DNA of 64,000 nt, taken from an uncultured Acidobacteriaceae bacterium (GTDB lineage Bacteria; Acidobacteriota; Terriglobia; Terriglobales; Acidobacteriaceae). How positions within the stretch are numbered: position 1 is the first letter of the stretch; every line of letters begins with the position of its first letter. Of the stretch, positions 27,699 to 34,581 are shown piece after piece. Below the pieces are notes generated by a model that saw only the letters and a list, made by a program, of their open reading frames with translations, was not told where the DNA came from and did no database searches. The stretch spans positions 6,096-70,095 of the forward strand of contig CAWKHY010000003.1 of NCBI GenBank assembly GCA_963849505.1, in the 5' to 3' direction. A program made the translations under genes and the position numbers.

Positions 27699-30600
27699 CT
27701 ACTCTTTCTCGGACACGAAGACTGCGGTTGTAAGGGCGGGGACGGTAACGGATCCAGCTTTGGAGTCGTAAGTGCTCTGGCGGGTTGCGGGGTCACTAGA
27801 GTTCTTCTGGACGGGGTGAAGCTTGAGCTTGAGGCCCTGGAGGCGTCCGTCGGTAAAAGTAGTTTGCGCGTTGGCTGCGTTGAAGACTACAACAATGTGC
27901 TTGTACTGGCCGTAGTCGCGGCCATTGGCGTCGAACTTCATAACAATGAGGCCGGGGATCTGGCTTTGCCCTGTGTTGAGGAAGGTGAGGTTCTGCTGGA
28001 CCTCATTGAATGTCGGCATGCGGAAGAGGTCAGAGCTGTAGCGGATCTGCAGCAGCTCCTGGAAGGCGTCGCTGCTGTAGGCGATGTTGACGGGCTGCGG
28101 AGTGTAGACGGCGTTGCTGAGCAGTGGCGTCATGATGGGCCACTGGCTCTGGTTCTGGCTGGCAATGGGCAAGCCGATACCCCAGTTGGCAGTCTTGCCG
28201 CTCCAGTCGATCTTGTTGAACCAGTCTCCGGAGTCGTAGCTGTTCTGGTCCATGTCTTTCGAGCGGAGGAGGTCGTCTCCGGCCTGGAAGAAGGGAAGGC
28301 CTTCGCCGAGGGTGACGAGCGCCATGCCCATGATCTGACGGCGCGCGCGGGTGGCGATGGAGTCATCGAAAGATGACTTCAACTGCACGGCGTCGAAGAA
28401 GTCCTGGTTGTCGTGAACAGAGCAGTAGTTGATGGCTTCGATGGGGCTCTTGGTGTATCCGGTGGGCTGGCCGTTGTAGCTGACTGCGGCTCCGGTAACG
28501 GTGGCTCCGGTATGGTCGGAGAAGGTGTAGTCGCGCAGGTTGCCGGTGAGGCCAACGAGGACCCAGTCGGAGTAGAGTCCAAGCTGCGCCAGCGGGCTGG
28601 GTGAGGGCGGATTGGCGTTGGTGTAGTCGCTGGAGTCGGTGAAGAGTCCGGTGGCAAACCCTTGCACGCGCTCGTCAGTGAAGGGGCTGCCGCCGCGGAT
28701 GCCGTCGCGGATGCGGTCGTTGAAGGAGCCGATGCCGTATCCATACAGATTGATCTGCGAGGCGTTGGGGCCGATCTGGTTGTTGGCTGTATCTCCGAAA
28801 TTGAAGCCTTCGCCATAGAGGTAGATCTTGGAGCCGTCGACGCCGTCCTCAGGCGTGAGCGCGGCGAGGGCCTGCTTGATGTGCTTCATGTTGTAGAGGA
28901 AGTGGAAGCTCATGATATCGAAGCGGAAGCCATCGATCTTGTACTCGGTAGCGTTGAGGACAATGGTGTCGATCATCAGCTTTTCCATCATGCGGTGCTC
29001 GCTGGCCGTGTCGGGGCAGCAGGAGCCTTCTTCGAGATTGCCGTTGGCGTCGAGGCGGTGATAGTAGTTCGGGACCACCTCATCAAGGTTGGAGTTGGGG
29101 CCTTCGCCGGCTGCGTTGGTGTGGTTGAAGACGACATCCTGCACGACGCGCAGGCCAGCGTGGTGCAAGCCTTCCACCATCGAGCGGTATTCGCGGACGC
29201 GGTTATCGGGATTGATGGCGTAGCTGCCTTCGGGCGTCATGTAGTGGACGGGGTCATATCCCCAGTTGTAGGCGTCGCTGCTCTGGATCGCAGCTACCGC
29301 TGCTTGCTGCTGGGTGCCATCGGGCGGGTATCCGGAAAGGTCGCCAGTGAACTGCCAGGTGCTCTTGTCTTCGTTGATGCTGGCGAAGTGGAAGGACGGG
29401 AGGATGTGGACGGCTTTGAGCCCGGCGTTGGCAAGCGAGCGGAGGTGCTTCATGCCGTCGGAGTTCTGGTCGGCGAAGGCGGCGTAGTATCCGCGGTGGG
29501 ACGCAGGAACGGTGAGGTCGTTCACGCTGAAGTCGCGGATGTGAAGCTCGTAGAAGCTGAGGTCACTGATGCTGCGCAGTGGCGGTGAGTCGTCGTGATC
29601 CCAGCCGGCGGGCTTGGTTTCGTCGGAGTCGAGATCGGTGATGCGGCTCTTGGTGCCGTTGAGGGCGATGTCGATGGAATAGGGATCGGTGGTGACGTTG
29701 GCATCGACGGCGGAGTCGGACGGTACCCACACTTTTACGCTGTAGAGGTAATACTTGTCGCGCCAGTCGGGATTGCCGCGTGCGACCCAGACGCCGTTGT
29801 GGTTATGCATGGGGATGACGGCGGAGGGTGAGGCGTCAGAGGCGTTGTTGAAGATTTCAAGCGAGACGCCTTGCGCGGTGGGCGCCCAGAGCTTTAGCTT
29901 CACGACGCAGTCGTCGTCGTCGGTCCAGTCGCGCCAGCCATGGCCGTCGTCGTGATGGAAGACTACGCCGAGGCGGCCGGGGTAGTAGTAGAGGTCGTCC
30001 AAGGCTCCGGCGAACTGGATGCCGGTCGCGTATTTCAGGGCTCCGGTCTGGTCGATTGCGGAGAAGGCGAGCTGTCCTTTGAGAGCGGTCTGGATTTCGG
30101 AAAGTTGAACGCTCGACGGAATGGTAAGGACCGTGTAGCTGCTGAGCTGCGGATACCGGAGGAGTTCGTCGGGAGTGAGGCTGCCCCCGGGAGCGAGCGG
30201 AATGTTGGTGCCTCCGGTGATGCCGGTTGGCGTGACTGAGAGGCCCCCGGTGAGACTGTAGCTGAGGGTGTAGGTGGATCCCGACTGTGCGAATTTCGGC
30301 TGGATGGCGAGCCGCTGGCGGTCAAGCCAATAGGCCTGCTCGACGCCGAGTAGGCTGGCGAGGATCTGTTCGGGAGTGGGCACGGTGGTGAATACCGTCG
30401 CGTTGCCGGAGATCACCCAGGCCTGGTTGTAGGTGCCGACGTTCAGGTGCATGTCGGGTCCGGGATCTTTCACGCCGGTTGAGGTGTTGTGCACGATGAA
30501 GCCGAGGTCGTGCGGGCTGGCGGAGAGCTTGATGTCGAAGTAGGCGCCGTAGGAGTCATAACTGGTGACGAAGGTCAGGCCGTCGTTGAAGTCGCCAGTG

Positions 30601-31139
30601 TATTCGGTGGTATCGGCGAAGGCGTAGACAGACCAACTGGAGTAGTTGCCGTCGGGGCGGAAGTAGTGGATGCGTGCGTATCCGGGGAGCAGAGCATTGG
30701 GATTGTTGACGTCGATGGGCTCGTTGTAGAGCTTGCCGATTCCGGAAAAAGCCCAGTATTCGTTGCCCATGGTGGAGGGGTTGACGAATTCGTTCGGGCC
30801 CGGATCTTTCTGATCGCCGCCGGCCGCGGTGGGATTGTGAATGATAAGGCCGACGTTCTGCGCGCCGGAGGTGACGCCGACGTCAAAGTACACCCCATAG
30901 CTGTCAGTTCCGCTGACCTGCACGGGTCCGCCGCCGTAGTTGCCGGTGTCTTCAGTGGTATCGAAGAAGGCGTAGACGGTCCATCCAGTATAGGTGGCAT
31001 CGGGGCGGTGGTAATGGATGCGAATGTGATTCGCAGGGATTTGGGCTGAGGCTGGAGTGGCTGCGAAGAAGCCAAGTAGAAGCACGAGAAGGGAAGACGC
31101 AGCCCTGCACACGAGGCGGCCTTTTTTATCGATACTCAT
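27699..31139 (-). CDS. pulA: Secreted pullulanase-type GH13 alpha-1,6-glucosidase with two N-terminal PUD/CBM41-like modules
   Basis: GH13 regions YNWGYDP, DGFRFDIM, YGEGFNFG and YCSVHDNQ. Two tandem modules begin IRIHYHRPDATYTGW and ARIHYFRPDGNYSSW. The start at 31139 (MSIDKKGRL..., signal peptide, AGGAG upstream) is preferred over the ORF opening at 31325. Confidence 0.9.
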   Translation of the reverse strand: MSIDKKGRLVCRAASSLLVLLLGFFAATPASAQIPANHIRIHYHRPDATYTGWTVYAFFDTTEDTGNYGGGPVQVSGTDSYGVYFDVGVTSGAQNVGLIIHNPTAAGGDQKDPGPNEFVNPSTMGNEYWAFSGIGKLYNEPIDVNNPNALLPGYARIHYFRPDGNYSSWSVYAFADTTEYTGDFNDGLTFVTSYDSYGAYFDIKLSASPHDLGFIVHNTSTGVKDPGPDMHLNVGTYNQAWVISGNATVFTTVPTPEQILASLLGVEQAYWLDRQRLAIQPKFAQSGSTYTLSYSLTGGLSVTPTGITGGTNIPLAPGGSLTPDELLRYPQLSSYTVLTIPSSVQLSEIQTALKGQLAFSAIDQTGALKYATGIQFAGALDDLYYYPGRLGVVFHHDDGHGWRDWTDDDDCVVKLKLWAPTAQGVSLEIFNNASDASPSAVIPMHNHNGVWVARGNPDWRDKYYLYSVKVWVPSDSAVDANVTTDPYSIDIALNGTKSRITDLDSDETKPAGWDHDDSPPLRSISDLSFYELHIRDFSVNDLTVPASHRGYYAAFADQNSDGMKHLRSLANAGLKAVHILPSFHFASINEDKSTWQFTGDLSGYPPDGTQQQAAVAAIQSSDAYNWGYDPVHYMTPEGSYAINPDNRVREYRSMVEGLHHAGLRVVQDVVFNHTNAAGEGPNSNLDEVVPNYYHRLDANGNLEEGSCCPDTASEHRMMEKLMIDTIVLNATEYKIDGFRFDIMSFHFLYNMKHIKQALAALTPEDGVDGSKIYLYGEGFNFGDTANNQIGPNASQINLYGYGIGSFNDRIRDGIRGGSPFTDERVQGFATGLFTDSSDYTNANPPSPSPLAQLGLYSDWVLVGLTGNLRDYTFSDHTGATVTGAAVSYNGQPTGYTKSPIEAINYCSVHDNQDFFDAVQLKSSFDDSIATRARRQIMGMALVTLGEGLPFFQAGDDLLRSKDMDQNSYDSGDWFNKIDWSGKTANWGIGLPIASQNQSQWPIMTPLLSNAVYTPQPVNIAYSSDAFQELLQIRYSSDLFRMPTFNEVQQNLTFLNTGQSQIPGLIVMKFDANGRDYGQYKHIVVVFNAANAQTTFTDGRLQGLKLKLHPVQKNSSDPATRQSTYDSKAGSVTVPALTTAVFVSEKE

Positions 31140-31566
31140 TTTGGAGTCTCCTAAAATCCCGTTCGGCTGGTTGTCTGGCGGCGCGGTCGTTCGGCGCTCG
31201 TCTGAAGGGCCTGGTTCAGCGGCGCACACATTATGTGAACAGAATGTGGAGGTGTCAAGGGACCAATGGACCGAATTCCGGCGGCTTGGCGCTGGTCCAC
31301 TGGCGAGACGACGATCCCGCCGCACTCAGTTGGCGATAACCAGACCTTGGCGCTCATTGAAGCAGGGCTTGCAGTGGGGCCGTACATAAGAAAAATACTA
31401 GTGAAGGACATGATGGGCGATGAACCGGGACGACCGGACGAGGGAATAAACAATGCAACTCCCGGCAGCATTCATTAGCCAAATTCGATCAAACGTCGCA
31501 GGCACGCTTGAACTGTATCGACTGGCATAATTGAGTGTACTCATCACCGGTTGAAAGGGCAGCTGG

Positions 31567-32136
31567 ATGAAGGTTCCCTACGCGAAGAAATGGCAGAAGG
31601 AAACAGCTAAGCTGCGCAAGATCGTGCTCGACTGTGACTTGACGGAAGAACTCAAGTGGGGAAAATGCTGCTTCACTTTTCTGAAGAGGAACGTGGCGAT
31701 CGTGATCCCGCTTAAGGAGTCCTGTGCACTTTCATTCTTCAAAGGCGCACTGCTCAAGGACCCGAAGCACATTCTCGAAAAAATCGGTGAGCACACGCAG
31801 GCGGGGCGGTGGATCAAATTTACGTCACTAAAAGAGGTTACGGCCTTGCAGGCGACCTTGAGGGATTACATCTACGAGGCGATCGAACTGGAGGAATCGG
31901 GCAAGAAAGTAGTCCTCAAGAAGCCTTCGGAGTATGCGATTCCTGAGGAGTTGCAGGCCCGACTAGATGAGGTTCCTGTGCTGAAGGTAGCGTTCGAAGC
32001 TCTCACTCCGGGACGAAGAAAGTCATACATCTTTTACATCTCGGGCGCGAAGCAGGCAAAGACGCGGGTGACGCGAGCAGAGAAGTGCGCACCGATGATC
32101 CTGACCGGGCGAGGGTTTAACGAACTGCCGGATTGA
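31567..32136 (+). CDS. YdeI/DUF1801-family protein
   Basis: 189 aa with LKWGKCCFTF, PGRRKSYIFYISGAKQAKTRVTRAEK typical of the YdeI/OmpD-associated family. Confidence 0.7.
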   Translation: MKVPYAKKWQKETAKLRKIVLDCDLTEELKWGKCCFTFLKRNVAIVIPLKESCALSFFKGALLKDPKHILEKIGEHTQAGRWIKFTSLKEVTALQATLRDYIYEAIELEESGKKVVLKKPSEYAIPEELQARLDEVPVLKVAFEALTPGRRKSYIFYISGAKQAKTRVTRAEKCAPMILTGRGFNELPD

Positions 32137-32341
32137 GACTGGATTCGGCTGCACCCGCTTTGATTGTGAACACCTTTCCACTTTCCAACCGTTCGTTCTC
32201 TACCTCGGACTTCCACTTGCTGCGATAGTGATAGATCCGCTCTGATGGGGCGCGAAAGTCCTGCGTCCGCGAAGGCCTTCGCACTGAGGCTTTGAGTTCA
32301 CGTGGCGCATCTCAATACAATTGCCTGCTCTCGGGAAGCCC

Positions 32342-32361
32342 GACTTTCAGCGCTGAAAGTC
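32342..32361. terminator. Perfect 20-bp palindrome GACTTTCAGC/GCTGAAAGTC between convergent genes (possible bidirectional terminator)
   Basis: It abuts the stop codon of the NifX-like gene. A second perfect 14-bp palindrome, GCGAAGGCCTTCGC, lies at 32269-32282. Neither has a clear T-tract. Confidence 0.3.
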
Positions 32362-32765
32362 TAACCGCAGCAATCTGAAGTAGCTGGAGAGTCGGCGCGT
32401 TTTTCACAGCAGCATTCGACGCAACCGTGTTTTTCTGCGGGTGAGTTTGCTGTGCGCAACCGCATGTGCTCAAACATTTGGAGCGCCTGTTGCCCATTGA
32501 TTTGCGCCGGCGCTAACCAGGAGTGGATGCCAGAGGTCTTTAAGTGTTCGAATGCACCTCTTCCGATCTCGGTGAAGATTACATCTGTGCAAACCTGGCT
32601 GATCAGCGTCTCGACGACACTCTTGCCGCTCTTCCCCTCATTTTTGAAAAACCTGAAGCTGCGGCTCTCTGTGTCCGCGACCATGATCCATTCGGTTTTG
32701 CCGAAATTCGAAGACATCTGTTCATCAGCTCGATCCGCTTTCATCATTACTGCTACTCTGCTCAT
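32361..32765 (-). CDS. NifX/NifB-type (dinitrogenase FeMo-cofactor-binding fold) protein with Cys-rich C-terminal tail
   Basis: 134 aa. The core FGKTEWIMVADTESRSF...VCTDVIFTEIGRGAFEHLKTSGIHSW fits the small NifX-NifB-like family. The tail HGCVECCCEKRADSPATSDCCG carries 7 Cys in 22 residues. Confidence 0.6.
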   Translation of the reverse strand: MSRVAVMMKADRADEQMSSNFGKTEWIMVADTESRSFRFFKNEGKSGKSVVETLISQVCTDVIFTEIGRGAFEHLKTSGIHSWLAPAQINGQQALQMFEHMRLRTANSPAEKHGCVECCCEKRADSPATSDCCG

Positions 32766-32825
32766 AATGCTCCTTAGCCCAGAAGACTAATAGTGCGATC
32801 ACAGATCTGGCTTAAGTTATGTTAC

Positions 32826-32844
32826 TAGATGTAATATACATCTA
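32826..32844. promoter_or_regulatory. Perfect inverted repeat TAGATGTA-ATA-TACATCTA (candidate PadR operator)
   Basis: An 8-bp arm palindrome containing the ATGT/ACAT half-sites known for PadR-family operators. It lies in the divergent NifX-like/PadR intergenic region. Confidence 0.5.
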
Positions 32845-33329
32845 TGAAGACAATCAATCCTCATTCAGAAAATAGTGCCAAACGTCTGAAGCCTGCGAGT
32901 CGCCGTGCCCGCACCAGTTTGGAGCCGGCGGTGAACGCGAGGAAGCGTCCCGGATGCAAGCAATCAGGCCAAACTCAGCCCTGCACCTGCGCAATGGGAA
33001 ATGTCTCGCGCTTCATTGAGCCGGTGGTACTCCGGATACTCAAGGAGAAGCAGAAATCATACGGCTACGAGATTGCGGAATCACTGCCCCAGCATGCGCT
33101 CACCGACGCCACGATTGAAGGTGCAGCGCTCTATCGGACGCTCCGAACTTTAGAGGCTAACGGTCATGTCGTCTCCACTTGGGATCCGGGAGAGGGACCG
33201 GCGCGGCGGAATTATTCCCTGACCAAAACAGGTCACACGCATCTGCGGGAATGGGTGAACCTATTAGAGTCATTAGGCAAGGCAATGTTGGTTTTTGCCG
33301 AACAAGTGACTGCTCTCGACAAGGAATGA
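32844..33329 (+). CDS. PadR family transcriptional regulator
   Basis: Winged-helix core FIEPVVLRILKEKQKSYGYEIAESL...LYRTLRTLEANGHVVSTW...RRNYSLTKTGHTHL. A canonical-length (111 aa) protein would start at ATG 32994. The ORF opens at 32844 inside the palindrome. Confidence 0.8.
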   Translation: MKTINPHSENSAKRLKPASRRARTSLEPAVNARKRPGCKQSGQTQPCTCAMGNVSRFIEPVVLRILKEKQKSYGYEIAESLPQHALTDATIEGAALYRTLRTLEANGHVVSTWDPGEGPARRNYSLTKTGHTHLREWVNLLESLGKAMLVFAEQVTALDKE

Positions 33330-33470
33330 ATCTTCGACGGCACCGGCGCATTGCTTTTTAGCGATACTCGCCACACGGGTTTCGCTGACATAGCCTTGTA
33401 GCGTGCAGTGAGTGAGAGTGCAGAATGCGGCAGTATCGCCCAACGTTGTGTGCGCAGAAAGTGATTTCTA

Positions 33471-33995
33471 GTGCAAGACAATCGAATGTCTGACTCTTCC
33501 GAATCAATTCCCAATGACCGTTCGAGCAAAAATGGGAATGGGAATGCGAGAGATCGGCTGCTTGCGGCCCTGAACGAGCGGTGCTTTGTTTGTGGTCCAC
33601 AGAACCCTAAGGGACTGCGGTTGTCTTTTGCTGTTACCGAATCCGGCTCAACCGCTCAATGGGTCCCGAAGGAAGGATGGGAAAGTTTCCAAGGGGTTAT
33701 TCATGGTGGAGTTGTCTCCGCTGTTCTCGACGAAGCGATGTCCAAGGCCATCATATCGAAAGGGTACGAGGCCCTTACTGCCGAACTCAAGATTCGCTTC
33801 CGAAAGAAAATCAGTGTCGATGAGAAGCTCTGTGTTCGCGGGTGGATGATCAGCGTCCAAAAGCGAAAGATTCTCGCTGAGGCCAGTCTTACCAACTTGG
33901 ACGGAGTTGAAAAGGCACATGCGTGGGGTGCTTTTGTGGTGGTCCGCGCTCTAGAGCCTGAACAGCAAATTGTAGGGATGGAAGAGATCACTTAG
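33471..33995 (+). CDS. Hotdog-fold (PaaI/4HBT-type) thioesterase
   Basis: CFVCGPQNPKGLRL and QGVIHGGVVSAVLDEAM are typical of PaaI-family thioesterases. The start may be at 33486. Confidence 0.7.
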   Translation: MQDNRMSDSSESIPNDRSSKNGNGNARDRLLAALNERCFVCGPQNPKGLRLSFAVTESGSTAQWVPKEGWESFQGVIHGGVVSAVLDEAMSKAIISKGYEALTAELKIRFRKKISVDEKLCVRGWMISVQKRKILAEASLTNLDGVEKAHAWGAFVVVRALEPEQQIVGMEEIT

Positions 33996-34116
33996 ACCTT
34001 TCCACTTGAGGTTTAGGCTGGCGTAAACGGGATCTTTAGTTCGGCCAGGATCAGCCGAAGAGATAACCACCGCAGGTACATGGGTCGCGACCACGAGAGG
34101 GGTCCATCCCAATAGC

Positions 34117-34144
34117 TTGCGGGAATTCGGCGGTCCAGTAAAAT
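34117..34144 (+). promoter_or_regulatory. Candidate sigma-70-type promoter (TTGCGG-N16-TAAAAT) ahead of the Rieske gene
   Basis: Found by pattern match only. It would place the transcription start near 34151, which favours the Rieske start at 34168 or 34189. Confidence 0.25.
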
Positions 34145-34167
34145 CATCGCAGCCCGTCCAAACGCAA

Positions 34168-34581
34168 ATGACATTACCCCAGCCAACCATGCGGCGTCTT
34201 TTTTTGAAGACAGCGCTAGCGCTGCTTTTCGCGCCGGTACTGTGGTTAATGAACAATCTGGCAAAGCGTGCCGGTTCGCTGCCCGAAAATTCTGATAACA
34301 CACTAACCGTACCCTTTGCTGCAGGCAGCGGGATTCATTTCTATAACAAGGTCATAGCCATCACCAGCGAGGAAGGAGTGGCTGTCTTCTCATCAGCCTG
34401 CCCGCATCTGGGCTGCCGTATCAACCGGGCGGAAGGCGGCGAACTGGTTTGCCCTTGCCACGGATCGAAATTCAACTCGCGCGGAGAGGTTTTGCGCGGG
34501 CCAGCCAGGCGCAATCTGCAACCGCTGAAGTTTGAACTTGACCGAGCTGGCGCAGTTTTGCGCATCACCCTTAGCGAGTGA
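34168..34581 (+). CDS. Rieske [2Fe-2S] protein (bc-complex type)
   Basis: Box I is CPHLGC and box II is CPCHGS, both with the disulfide cysteines. The N-terminal RRLFLKTALALL is a Tat-like signal/anchor. Its stop overlaps the next GTG start (GTGA at 34578-34581). Confidence 0.85.
   Translation: MTLPQPTMRRLFLKTALALLFAPVLWLMNNLAKRAGSLPENSDNTLTVPFAAGSGIHFYNKVIAITSEEGVAVFSSACPHLGCRINRAEGGELVCPCHGSKFNSRGEVLRGPARRNLQPLKFELDRAGAVLRITLSE

Noticed and set aside
28662-29588. Long ORFs antisense to confidently assigned genes. These include 28662-29588 (308 aa, opposite the pullulanase), 61141-62100, 17177-18133, 50174-51460, 53331-54146, 58489-59484, 34341-35111 and 354-1061.
   Set aside because: All lie fully inside strong homology-supported genes on the other strand. 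Their composition is biased (Arg/Gly/Ala/Val-rich) and they contain no recognisable motifs. This is the typical stop-codon-poor antisense frame of GC-rich DNA.
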